Notes under the pieces: generated by a model
What the model was told of the DNA's origin: nothing
What the model saw: only the letters and a program-made list of their open reading frames with translations
The model's database searches: none
Made by a program: the position numbers and the translations under genes
Source: Candidatus Krumholzibacteriota bacterium
Lineage (GTDB): Bacteria > Krumholzibacteriota > Krumholzibacteriia > JAJRXK01
DNA length: 64,000 nt
NCBI GenBank assembly: GCA_963727455.1
Contig: CAVSGG010000007.1
Coordinates: 1 to 64,000, forward strand
Reading direction: 5' to 3'
In this document: piece by piece, positions 1 through 8,980 of the stretch
Layout: every line of letters begins with the position of its first letter
How positions within the stretch are numbered: position 1 is the stretch's first letter

Positions 1-347
1 TGCCGCCCGTGCCCACGGAGCCGCCGTCCCCGCCTTCCGGCGAAGGACGCCACGGTGGAGCTCGACGCGAGTGGGGCGGTGCGGCACTACCTGCCGCGCG
101 AAATTTGCGCGCGGTGCAAACGCCTCAGGGATTCTCCAGGGACCTCCTCGAGAGCGCGTTTGCCGCGGCGGAACTCGAGGATCATGCCGACGACGCCGGG
201 CTGGTCCTGGCTGCGGGAAACCAGAGTCGTTCTGGTGGAGGGCGAGGAGCGGAATCAGAAAGATCACCAGTCCCTCGGATCTCGAGCGCGCGGTGCGGAT
301 TCTTCGAGAGAGCCGCCGCGAGCGAGGGGGAGGAGGAACTCGAATGA
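1..347 (+). CDS. ispD: 2-C-methyl-D-erythritol 4-phosphate cytidylyltransferase, 3' part (5' end outside window; frameshifted)
   Basis: LRAVQTPQGF, DDAGLV, VVLVEGEERNQK and ITSPSDLERA motifs spread over three frames; lies directly before ispF. Confidence 0.85.
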   Translation, partial: PPVPTEPPSPPSGEGRHGGARREWGGAALPAARNLRAVQTPQGFSRDLLESAFAAAELEDHADDAGLVLAAGNQSRSGGGRGAESERSPVPRISSARCGFFERAAASEGEEELE

Positions 348-823
348 AGATCCGCGTCGGAGAGGGGTCGACCGCCACCCCTTGGTGGCGGGAAGGCCGC
401 TGATCTTGGGCGGAGTCCCCATCGAACACGAGAAGGGTCTCTTTGGTCACAGCGATGGCGATGCGTTGACGCACGCCGTGTGCGACGCCATCCTGGGCGC
501 GTTGGCCCTGGGCGACCTGGGAAGTCACTTCGCGGACAGCGATCCGGCCCAGAAGGACCGCGCGAGCCTGGAGTTCTTGCGCGAGGTGCTGGCACTGGCC
601 AAAGCGGGCGGATGGCGCCTTGGCAATCTGGACGCGACGGTCATGGCGGAGGCCCCGCGCTCTGGCGTCGCATCTGCCCAAAATGCGCGCGGAGTTGGCG
701 CGGGCCCTGGAAGTCGAACTCGAACAGGTTTCCGTGAAGGCCACGCGCGGAGAAGGACTCGGACCCGAGGGACGGGGCGAAGCCATCACCGTACACGCGG
801 TAGTCCTCATGCAAGAACTCTAG
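344..823 (+). CDS. ispF: MECDP synthase (frameshifted in assembly)
   Basis: MKIRVGEG, HPLVAGRPLILGGV, GHSDGDALTHAVCDAILGA, NLDATV, VSVKAT, GRGEAI motifs; RBS ggaggagg before ATG344. Confidence 0.92.
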
Positions 824-842
824 TCTGTGAAGGGGATGCGGA

Positions 843-1788
843 ATGCGCATCACGGTGCTCATGGGCGGAAGCAGCGCCGAGCGGGAGATCTCTCTCGCCA
901 CCGGTGAGGCGGTGGTCAGGCGCTGCGCTCTTCTGGACCATGAAGTCCTGAGCCTGGATCCGAAGGATCCGCTGGCCGCCGTACAGTCCGAGGAAATCCG
1001 CGCGGCCGAGCTCGTGTTCGTCGCTCTCCACGGAGGCTCCGGGGAGGACGGGCGAATCCAGGCGCTCTTGGAGCTGGCGGGAAAGCTCTACGTCGGCAGC
1101 GGACCCACCGCCTGCGCCGTCAGCATGGACAAGCTTCTGAGCAAGCACCTCATGCGCTCCCTCGGCGTACCCACGCCCAGCGTGGCGCAGTCGTTCGCGG
1201 CGGGACTCCGCTGGAAGAGGTGCTGGCGGGCGCCAGGGAACTGGGTATTCCCGCTGGTCTTCAAGCCCGTCAGCGAGGGCTCGGCGATCGGGGTCGCGAT
1301 CGATCCCTCCGAGGACCGGCTGCGCGAGATCTGGCGAGAATGCTCCGCTTCGACTGGCCGTTGGATGCTCGAACGCTACATTCCGGGCCGGGAACTCACC
1401 TTGCCCATGGTGGCGGGCCGCTGTACTCCCCTGGTGGAGATCCTTCCCAAGGAGGGCTTCTACGACTATCAGAACAAGTACACACCGGGCCGCACGGAAT
1501 ACCGCTGCCCGGCCGAGCTCGAGGCTAAGGTAGAGGAGGAGCTGCGGGAAATGGGACTTCGGCTGTGGAACGCCCTGAATCTGCAGGACATGGCACGAAT
1601 GGATCTTCGTCTGGATGAGAACAGCCGTTTCTGGTTTCTGGAGATCAACACCATTCCGGGTATGACGAAGACGAGCCTGTTGCCGATGGGAGCCCAGGAG
1701 ATCGGTCTGAACTTCGCCGCGCTCTGCGAAACCCTGTGCGCGGGTCCCTTTGGAGCGTGCGCGTCTGGATCGGGGAGGAAGGTCCTGA
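843..1788 (+). CDS. ddl: D-alanine--D-alanine ligase
   Basis: GGSSAEREIS, LHGGSGEDG, MDK, FYDYQNKY, EINTIPGMT; probable true end LERARLDRGGRS-TGA(1786-1788) in a shifted frame. Confidence 0.9.
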
Positions 1789-3245
1789 AACTGCAAATTT
1801 ACAATCACGCGAACCAGAAGAAGGAGGAGTTCCAGCCGCTCGATCCCCCGCGCGTCACCATGTACGTGTGCGGGATGACGGTGCAGGACCGCCCCCACAT
1901 GGGCCATATGCTGGCCTTCGTTTCGGCCGATTTGATCCGGCGCAGCCTGGAATTCCTCGGCTACGAAGTGCTGCACGTGCAGAACTTCACCGACATCGAC
2001 GACAAGATCATCGCGCGGGCCAACGAACGCGGCGAGGATCCCGCCGTCCTGGCCCAGGAGAACATCGACCGTTTCTTCGCCGCCGCCGATGCCCTGGGGA
2101 TCAAGCGGGCGCACATCTATCCCAAGGTCACCGAGCACATCCAGGATATCCAGAACTACATCGCGCGCCTGATCGAGGCCGGCCATGCCTACGAGGCCGG
2201 GGGCAGCGTATGGTTCGACGTGCGCTCCTGGTCGAGCTACGGAGAGCTCTCGGGCCGCCGCATCGAGGATCTGGAGAGCGGCTATCGCATCGAAGTCGAC
2301 GCCAACAAGCGCGATCCCCTCGACTTCGCGCTGTGGAAGGCCTCCAAGGAAGGCGAGCCGGCCTGGGAAAGTCCCTGGGGTAGGGGCCGCCCCGGCTGGC
2401 ACATCGAATGTTCGGTGATGTCCACCAAGTACCTGGGCGAGAGCTTCGACCTGCACGGGGGCGGGCGCGACCTCATCTTCCCCCACCACGAGAACGAGGT
2501 GGCGCAGAGCAAGGCGCTGGGCTCGGCCTTCGTGCATTACTGGATGCACAACGGACTCTTGAACCTGCAGGGCCAGAAGATGTCCAAGAGCACCGGGCAC
2601 TTCTTCGCCATGGACGAGGTTCTCGAAGAATTTGCGCCCGAGGTGGTGCGCTTCTACCTCCTACGGGGCCATTTTCGCAACCAGATGGAATACGGGCGCG
2701 AGCGGATGCTGGAGGCCAAGGCGGCCTACGGACGCATGGAGCGCGCCCTGAGCAAACTCGAGGAATTGCATGCCCGCGAGGATCTGGGACGCGCCCTCGA
2801 AGGACGGCATCAAGAGCAAGGACGGTCTCGCGCTGGAAGAAGCGGCCGAAGCCGCGAAGGAGGGCTTTCGGGGCGGGATCTGCGACGATTTCAACGCCGA
2901 ACTCGCGCTGGCCGCCCTCTTCGAACTCGTCCGCCAGTTGAATACCTATCTCAGCGAGAGGCCCTTGCCCCAGGAAGTCGAGGCCGTCCCGCTGCGGGCA
3001 GTACGCGCGTGCGCTGCGCGATTCCCTGGCGGTTCTGGGCCTCTTCGAGCAGCTCGAGGCCGAGGAGGAGATCCCGCCCGAGCTCGCCGAGATGGTGCGA
3101 CGCCGCGATGCGGCGCGGCGCGAAAAGGACTGGCCGCTGGCCGACTCCCTACGCGACGAGATCCAGGCTCGGGGGTACAACATCGAGGACGGACCGAAGG
3201 GAAGCACGCTGCGGCGGGCGGGTGGAGGCCCGGGAAAGCGACTGA
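1785..3245 (+). CDS. cysS: cysteine--tRNA ligase (frameshifts near 2790 and 3010; 3' end approximate)
   Basis: MYVCGMTV, HMGH (HIGH), NFTDIDDKII, GRPGWHIECS, DLIFPHHENE, KMSKS; C-terminal RDAARREKDWPLADSLRDEI in another frame. Confidence 0.93.
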   Translation: MKLQIYNHANQKKEEFQPLDPPRVTMYVCGMTVQDRPHMGHMLAFVSADLIRRSLEFLGYEVLHVQNFTDIDDKIIARANERGEDPAVLAQENIDRFFAAADALGIKRAHIYPKVTEHIQDIQNYIARLIEAGHAYEAGGSVWFDVRSWSSYGELSGRRIEDLESGYRIEVDANKRDPLDFALWKASKEGEPAWESPWGRGRPGWHIECSVMSTKYLGESFDLHGGGRDLIFPHHENEVAQSKALGSAFVHYWMHNGLLNLQGQKMSKSTGHFFAMDEVLEEFAPEVVRFYLLRGHFRNQMEYGRERMLEAKAAYGRMERALSKLEELHAREDLGRALEGRHQEQGRSRAGRSGRSREGGLSGRDLRRFQRRTRAGRPLRTRPPVEYLSQREALAPGSRGRPAAGSTRVRCAIPWRFWASSSSSRPRRRSRPSSPRWCDAAMRRGAKRTGRWPTPYATRSRLGGTTSRTDRREARCGGRVEARESD

Positions 3246-3265
3246 AGCCCCTCTCGTATTTTCAC

Positions 3266-3295
3266 TTGACGCAGCGGGGGAGCGGCTTTTATATT
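3266..3295 (+). promoter_or_regulatory. sigma70-type promoter for the tRNA-tuf cluster
   Basis: TTGACG-N18-TATATT about 110 nt upstream of tRNA-Thr. Confidence 0.65.
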
Positions 3296-3404
3296 CTTCG
3301 TTCTGCCGTGAGCCGGGTAGAGGGCAACGTCACCTTACAAGTGTTTGGCAAGTAATTGGTCAGCAACAACTTAGCTTGAGGCTTTCGGCTTCAGGACTTC
3401 GAGA

Positions 3405-3480
3405 GCTGGCGTAGCTCAATTGGTAGAGCACCGCACTTGTAATGCGGCGGTTGGGGGTTCAATTCCTCTCGCCAGCTCCA
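3405..3480 (+). tRNA. tRNA-Thr(UGU)
   Basis: Cloverleaf GCTGGCG...CGCCAGC-T-CCA, anticodon loop CTTGTAA, GTTCAAT T-loop. Confidence 0.96.
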
Positions 3481-3593
3481 GATTCAGAATCTCGCTGCGC
3501 GGGTCATCTCGCCTCGAGGGGACGCGTGGCGTGGCTGAACCGGCAAACAATCTTGGACGAGCCGCCGGGGAGGGGGCTCGTCGTGGTCTGTGG

Positions 3594-3679
3594 GGGGAGG
3601 TTCCCGAGTGGTCAAAGGGGGCAGACTGTAAATCTGTTGCTGAATTGCTTCGGAGGTTCGAATCCTCCCCTCCCCACCA
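3594..3679 (+). tRNA. tRNA-Tyr(GUA)
   Basis: GGGGAGG/CCTCCCC acceptor stem, loop CTGTAAA, long variable arm, ACCA end. Confidence 0.96.
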
Positions 3680-3778
3680 CCGATGCTTCGTCCTTTGACC
3701 TGCGTCGGGAAAGCATCGAGAGCCAGGAAGCTAGCGCAGTCAGTCGGTTTCCTGCCACGAAGGTGACGAGAGTCTTGG

Positions 3779-3855
3779 GCGGGAATAGCTCAGTTGGCTA
3801 GAGCGTCAGCCTTCCAAGCTGAGGGTCGCGGGTTCGAGTCCCGTTTCCCGCTCCA
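3779..3855 (+). tRNA. tRNA-Gly(UCC)
   Basis: GCGGGAA/TTCCCGC stem, loop CTTCCAA, TCCA end. Confidence 0.96.
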
Positions 3856-3900
3856 TTTTTGAGTTCGATCTTCACGGTGAAGGTCGTACAGGGGGTTTTC

Positions 3901-3976
3901 GCCCACGTAGCTCAGCAGGTAGAGCACTTGCATGGTAAGCAAGCGGTCAGCAGTTCGAATCTGCTCGTGGGCTCCA
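3901..3976 (+). tRNA. tRNA-Thr(GGU)
   Basis: GCCCACG/CGTGGGC stem, loop ATGGTAA, TCCA end; classic Thr-Tyr-Gly-Thr-tuf order. Confidence 0.95.
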
Positions 3977-4041
3977 CCTTTTACGCTACGGTAGGCAACA
4001 CCAAGGACCCAGGGTCCGTTCCGCCAGGAGGATGACGCACG

Positions 4042-5235
4042 ATGGCTCGTCAGAAGTTCGAGCGCACGAAGGAGCACGTGAACGTAGGGACGATAGGTCA
4101 CGTGGATCATGGGAAGACGACCTTGACGGCAGCGATCACGAAGACTTTGGCAGCCAAGGGATTGGCGGACTTCACGCCGTTCGATCAGATCGACAAGGCG
4201 CCGGAGGAGCGGGAGCGCGGGATCACGATTGCGACGGCGCACGTGGAGTACCAGAGCGAGACGCGTCATTACGCGCACGTGGACTGTCCTGGTCACGCGG
4301 ACTACGTGAAGAACATGATCACCGGAGCCGCGCAGATGGATGGGGCGGTTTTGGTGGTGAGTGCGGCGGACGGTCCGATGCCTCAGACGCGCGAGCACAT
4401 TTTGTTGGCGCGCCAGGTGGGTGTTCCCTACATCGTGGTGTTTTTGAACAAGACGGACATGGTGGATGACGAGGAGTTGTTGGAGCTGGTGGAGCTCGAG
4501 GTACGGGAGTTGTTGAGCCAGTACGAGTTTCCCGGGGACGAGATTCCGATCATCAAGGGGAGCGCGCTGAAGGCCTTGGAGAGTTCGGATCCCGACGCTG
4601 CGGAGTGCAAGTGCATATTCGAGTTGTTGGAGGCTTTGGACACCTACGTGCCGACTCCTCAGCGGGATTTGGACAAGCCGTTCTTGATGCCGGTGGAGGA
4701 TATTTTCTCGATCACCGGACGCGGGACGGTGGCGACGGGGCGTATCGAGCGTGGGCGGGTGAACACGGGCGACAAGGTCGAGATCGTGGGAATTCGGGAC
4801 ACGCAGAAGACAGTGTGCACGGGAGTGGAGATGTTCCGCAAGATCCTGGACGAGGGTCAGGCCGGGGACAACGTGGGGTTGTTGCTTCGCGGGATGGACA
4901 AGAGTGACGTGGAGCGCGGGATGGTGGTGTGTGCCCCTGGGAGCGTGACCCCGCACACGAAGTTCAAGGGTGAGGTTTACATTTTGACCAAGGAGGAGGG
5001 CGGACGTCACACGCCTTTCTTCACGGGCTATCGTCCTCAGTTCTATTTTCGGACGACGGACGTGACGGGCACGGCGGAGCTTCCGGAGGGACGGGAGATG
5101 GTGATGCCCGGAGACAACGTGACGATGGACATTAATTTGATCACGCCGATCGCCATGGAAGATGGACTGCGCTTCGCGATTCGCGAGGGCGGCCGCACCG
5201 TGGGCGCCGGCGTCGTCACCGAAATCATCGAGTAG
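4042..5235 (+). CDS. tuf: elongation factor Tu (copy 1)
   Basis: [34 protein letters not shown]. Confidence 0.99.
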   Translation: MARQKFERTKEHVNVGTIGHVDHGKTTLTAAITKTLAAKGLADFTPFDQIDKAPEERERGITIATAHVEYQSETRHYAHVDCPGHADYVKNMITGAAQMDGAVLVVSAADGPMPQTREHILLARQVGVPYIVVFLNKTDMVDDEELLELVELEVRELLSQYEFPGDEIPIIKGSALKALESSDPDAAECKCIFELLEALDTYVPTPQRDLDKPFLMPVEDIFSITGRGTVATGRIERGRVNTGDKVEIVGIRDTQKTVCTGVEMFRKILDEGQAGDNVGLLLRGMDKSDVERGMVVCAPGSVTPHTKFKGEVYILTKEEGGRHTPFFTGYRPQFYFRTTDVTGTAELPEGREMVMPGDNVTMDINLITPIAMEDGLRFAIREGGRTVGAGVVTEIIE

Positions 5236-5338
5236 GGCATTCCTTCGAGAGTGACCCAGTCTAGAAAGCTACAGTCTTGCTTGGGGGGCCAGGTCCTAAT
5301 CCAACCTGGCTCGAACAAGAAGCGTGGGAGGCGTGGAT

Positions 5339-5491
5339 ATGCCGCGGGAGATCGTGATCCTGGCGTGCGAGCAGTGCAAGCGCCGCAATTACACCACGAC
5401 CAAGAACAAGCGTCGTCAACCCGACCGTCTGGTGTATAAGAAGTACTGCTCTTGGTGTAGGGCGCACAAGCCTCATAAAGAGACACGCTAG
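5339..5491 (+). CDS. rpmG: 50S ribosomal protein L33 (Zn-binding type; absent from ORF track)
   Basis: Read by hand: [50 protein letters not shown]. Confidence 0.96.
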   Translation: MPREIVILACEQCKRRNYTTTKNKRRQPDRLVYKKYCSWCRAHKPHKETR

Positions 5492-5508
5492 ACCAGAGCG
5501 AGGCCTGT

Positions 5509-5584
5509 AGGGGTGTAGCTCAGTTGGTAGAGCATCGGTCTCCAAAACCGAGGGCCGCGGGTTCGAACCCTGCCACCCCTGCCA
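5509..5584 (+). tRNA. tRNA-Trp(CCA)
   Basis: AGGGGTG acceptor stem, loop CTCCAAA, GCCA end; usual position between rpmG and secE. Confidence 0.96.
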
Positions 5585-5636
5585 TTACTCTCAGCGGCGA
5601 AGATCCGGGACGGGGGTCTTCGCGCCAGGACGCATC

Positions 5637-5825
5637 ATGTTCAAGCGTTTCGGTGAGTTCCTGAAGGAAGTACGAGTCGAGCTGGGGAAAATTACCTGGC
5701 CCACGCGTGAGGAACTGCGTGAGTCGACCATCGTGGTGATTGCCTCGGCGGCCCTGCTTACGGTCTTCATCGGCGTGATCGATCAGATCTTCAACTGGCT
5801 CTGGCGCACGCTGCTGAAATCTTAG
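5637..5825 (+). CDS. secE: preprotein translocase subunit SecE
   Basis: FLKEVRVELGKITWPTREE followed by one TM helix. Confidence 0.96.
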   Translation: MFKRFGEFLKEVRVELGKITWPTREELRESTIVVIASAALLTVFIGVIDQIFNWLWRTLLKS

Positions 5826-5849
5826 CCCGGCAAGGAACGAGGGTTCGTC

Positions 5850-6506
5850 ATGAACGATCAGGATCAACTCGAGTCGAAGGGACAGGCGCCCGAGGCCACG
5901 GAGGCCGAGGCCCAAGTCTCTCCCGCCGACGAGTCCGAGACTTCTCCCAGCGAGGAGCAAGCTCCTCGTAGGGCCGGCTTGAAGTGGTATGTCGTTCATG
6001 CGAACACCGGACACGAGAACAAGGTCCGCCGGAACATCGAACAGTCCATCCGCGGCAACGAGGAGATGCAACCGTATTTCGGAGAAGTCTTGGTCGTCAC
6101 CCAAGAGGTCACCGAGATGCGCAACGGGAAACGCGTCACCAGCAAGCGGAAGTTCTTCCCCAGTTACATCCTGGTGGAGATGGAGCTGAACAACGAAACG
6201 CAACACTTCATCGCCAACATTCCGGGGGTCACGCGCTTCGTGGGAAGCGGAAACAAACCCACCGCGATCAGCGACGAAGAGGTCGATCGAATTCTCGGGC
6301 GCATTCACAAGACCGAGGACAAGACGATTCAGGAGATCCCCTACAATGTGGGGGACGCAGTGGAGGTCATCGACGGACCGTTCAGCGATTTCAACGGAAT
6401 CGTGAACGAAATCAATCCCGACAAGGGCAAGTTGAAAGTGATGGTCTCCATTTTCGGCCGGGAGACTCCGGTCGAGTTGGATTTTTTGCAGGTGAAGTCG
6501 ATCTGA
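5850..6506 (+). CDS. nusG: transcription factor NusG (acidic N-terminal extension)
   Basis: KWYVVHANTGHENKV, FFPSYILVEM, KOW domain DGPFSDFNG...IFGRETPVEL. Confidence 0.98.
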   Translation: MNDQDQLESKGQAPEATEAEAQVSPADESETSPSEEQAPRRAGLKWYVVHANTGHENKVRRNIEQSIRGNEEMQPYFGEVLVVTQEVTEMRNGKRVTSKRKFFPSYILVEMELNNETQHFIANIPGVTRFVGSGNKPTAISDEEVDRILGRIHKTEDKTIQEIPYNVGDAVEVIDGPFSDFNGIVNEINPDKGKLKVMVSIFGRETPVELDFLQVKSI

Positions 6507-6566
6507 GACTGAGCCGAGCTACACGAGAGTTTTTAGCGGCATGAAGATCCGCGGGAGTGAAGGGCA

Positions 6567-7016
6567 ATGGCCAAGAGGGTAATGACCAACATCAAATTGC
6601 AGATCCCGGCGGGGCAGGCCAACCCCGCGCCGCCGGTTGGACCCGCGCTCGGCCAGCACGGGCTCAACATCATGGACTTCTGCAAACTTTTCAACGATCG
6701 GACGAAGGAACAGATGGGGATGATCATTCCCGTCGTCATCACGGTCTACCAGGACCGTACCTTCACCTTCGTGACCAAGACCCCGCCCGCCGCGGTTCTC
6801 TTGCGCAAGGCGGCTGGAATCGAGAAGGGTTCGGGAGAGCCGAATCGTGCCCGAGTAGGCTCGGTCACGAGAAAGCAGGTCAAGGAGATCGCCGAGTTGA
6901 AGGCCCCCGACTTGAATTCGAACGACTTGAAAGCGGCCATGCTCATGGTGATGGGCACGGCCCGAAGCATGGGCATCGAGGTGAAGGGCGAGCCCCTGCC
7001 GGAAGAAAGCGAATAG
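6567..7016 (+). CDS. rplK: 50S ribosomal protein L11
   Basis: [23 protein letters not shown]. Confidence 0.99.
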   Translation: MAKRVMTNIKLQIPAGQANPAPPVGPALGQHGLNIMDFCKLFNDRTKEQMGMIIPVVITVYQDRTFTFVTKTPPAAVLLRKAAGIEKGSGEPNRARVGSVTRKQVKEIAELKAPDLNSNDLKAAMLMVMGTARSMGIEVKGEPLPEESE

Positions 7017-7028
7017 AGGAAGAGACCC

Positions 7029-7724
7029 ATGAAGCGAGGCAAGAAATGGTCGCAGGGCGCCCAGCTCGTCGAGAGGAGCCGGGCCTATGAACTGGACGAA
7101 GCTCTGCAGCTGATCGCCCAGTTTCCCCCGGCCAAATTCGACGAGTCCGTGGATATCGCGGTGCGGCTTGGAGTCGACCCGCGTCACGCCGATCAGATGG
7201 TGCGCGGCACGGTGGTACTGCCCAACGGAACCGGCAAGAGCGTCAGCGTTCTCGTCTTGACCAAGGGCGAGAAGGTGAAGGAAGCCGAGGAAGCCGGCGC
7301 GGACATGGTGGGCAGCGATGAGTACATCCAGAAGATCCAGGACGGATGGACCGAAGTGGACGTGATCATCGCGACCCCCGACATGATGGGCCAGGTGGGA
7401 AAGCTGGGGCGTATTCTCGGCCCCCGCGGCCTGATGCCCAATCCCAAGGTGGGTACGGTCACCATGGACGTGGCGAAAGCGGTGAGTGAGGCCAAGGCCG
7501 GTCGCGTGGAGTACCGCGTGGACAAGGCGGGGAACATTCACTGTCCGGTAGGCCGGCGTTCGTTCAGCCAACAGGCCCTGGCGGAGAACATCACGAGCAT
7601 TCTCAAGGAACTGCAGCGCGCCAAGCCATCGGCCGCGAAGGGAAATTACATGCAGTCCTGTCACATCAGCACCACCATGGGGCCGGCCATCAGGGTCGAT
7701 GCTCTCAAAGTGGTCAAGGCGTAG
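7029..7724 (+). CDS. rplA: 50S ribosomal protein L1
   Basis: [22 protein letters not shown]. Confidence 0.99.
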   Translation: MKRGKKWSQGAQLVERSRAYELDEALQLIAQFPPAKFDESVDIAVRLGVDPRHADQMVRGTVVLPNGTGKSVSVLVLTKGEKVKEAEEAGADMVGSDEYIQKIQDGWTEVDVIIATPDMMGQVGKLGRILGPRGLMPNPKVGTVTMDVAKAVSEAKAGRVEYRVDKAGNIHCPVGRRSFSQQALAENITSILKELQRAKPSAAKGNYMQSCHISTTMGPAIRVDALKVVKA

Positions 7725-7735
7725 GGGGGACGACC

Positions 7736-8260
7736 ATGGTTAGACCCGAGAAAGCCGCCGAGGTCGAACTTCTCAGTGAGAAGATGCGCGCGAGCGTGGG
7801 CTTGGTCCTGGCTGACTTCACCGGACTGAGCGTTGCCTCGATCACCGAGTTTCGGGCCAAGTGCCGCGAACGAGGAGTCGAATTCCGAGTCGTGAAGAAT
7901 CGCCTCGCCCATCGCGCGGCGGCCGCGGCGGAATGTCCGGCTCTCACGGATCTCTTGAAGGGTCCCACCGGAATTGCCTTCGGTCTCGACTCCGCCGTCG
8001 AGCCGGCCAAGGCGGTGGTGGATTTCGCCAAGATCAACGAGAAGCTAGTCATCAAGGGGGGTTACCTCGATGGCAAGCTACTCGAGGTCAGAGAGGTGGA
8101 GGCGCTTTCGGAGATCCCCGGTCGCGAGGAGCTCCTGGCCATGCTGATGCGGGGTATGCAGGCCCCGGTCAGCGGAATGGTGGGATGTCTCACGGGCGTC
8201 ATGCGCAACATGGTTGGTGTGCTCGACGCCGTGGCCAAGCAAAAGGCCGAGGCCGCCTAG
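7736..8260 (+). CDS. rplJ: 50S ribosomal protein L10
   Basis: DFTGLSV, VVKNRL, LKGPTGIAF; synteny. Confidence 0.97.
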   Translation: MVRPEKAAEVELLSEKMRASVGLVLADFTGLSVASITEFRAKCRERGVEFRVVKNRLAHRAAAAAECPALTDLLKGPTGIAFGLDSAVEPAKAVVDFAKINEKLVIKGGYLDGKLLEVREVEALSEIPGREELLAMLMRGMQAPVSGMVGCLTGVMRNMVGVLDAVAKQKAEAA

Positions 8261-8392
8261 CGGACTTCCGCAAAGGCTTCCCCGGTCGACGGACCCCGGG
8301 ATTTTCGGTTCGTCAAGAAAGCTCAATCCTACTCCGGTGTCTGACTTTTGCCGGATGCCCCATGTGAGATAAGAACGGGAGAACGAAGCACA

Positions 8393-8797
8393 ATGAGCGA
8401 AGAGACCAAGACCTTCGAGCTGTCCAAGAATGCGGCCAAGGTCCTCGAAATGGTCGAGAGCATGACAGTTCTCGAAGTCAGCGATTTGGTCAAGGCCATG
8501 GAAGACAAGTTCGGCGTCTCTGCCGCCGCTCCTGTTGCCGTGGCGGCGGCTCCGGGCGCTGGCGGTGCGGCGGCGGTCGAGGAGAAGACGGAGTTCGATG
8601 TCATCCTCGCGGCGGCCGGAGACAAGAAGATCCAGGTCATCAAAGAGGTCCGCACCATCACGGGTCTGGGCCTCAAAGAGGCCAAGGATCTGGTCGAGGG
8701 CGCGCCGAAGCCCGTCAAAGAGGGCTTGGCCAAGGACGAGGCCGAGAAGATCAAGGGACAGCTTGAGAACGTCGGTGCCACCGTCGAGATCAAGTAG
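8393..8797 (+). CDS. rplL: 50S ribosomal protein L7/L12
   Basis: [30 protein letters not shown]; start at ATG8393. Confidence 0.98.
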   Translation: MSEETKTFELSKNAAKVLEMVESMTVLEVSDLVKAMEDKFGVSAAAPVAVAAAPGAGGAAAVEEKTEFDVILAAAGDKKIQVIKEVRTITGLGLKEAKDLVEGAPKPVKEGLAKDEAEKIKGQLENVGATVEIK

Positions 8798-8847
8798 CTA
8801 CGGGATTTGGATCCATCCGGAATCTCGGGTTGGATCCTCCGACGACT

Positions 8848-8876
8848 TACCGGAGACGGGCATCCGTTTCCGGTAG
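8848..8876 (+). terminator. GC-rich hairpin in the rplL-rpoB spacer (possible attenuator or processing stem)
   Basis: TACCGGAGACGG-gcat-CCGTTTCCGGTA inverted repeat; no U-tract. Confidence 0.4.
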
Positions 8877-8980
8877 GCGTGCATGTCCCAAGTAGTCATC
8901 CCCCGAGCCCGCGCATTGCGCAGGGGCGGCTGAGAATGTTCGCATTCCCACCTCTGAGACCCTAGAGGGAAGGATCCCGC

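Noticed and set aside
3481-3900. Hairpins in the tRNA spacers as possible ncRNAs or integration scars
   Set aside because: Ordinary spacer stems; no duplicated tRNA 3' end or integrase nearby
3928-3945. A at position 32 in the tRNA-Thr(GGU) anticodon loop
   Set aside because: A known variant of this isoacceptor in other bacteria; not novel
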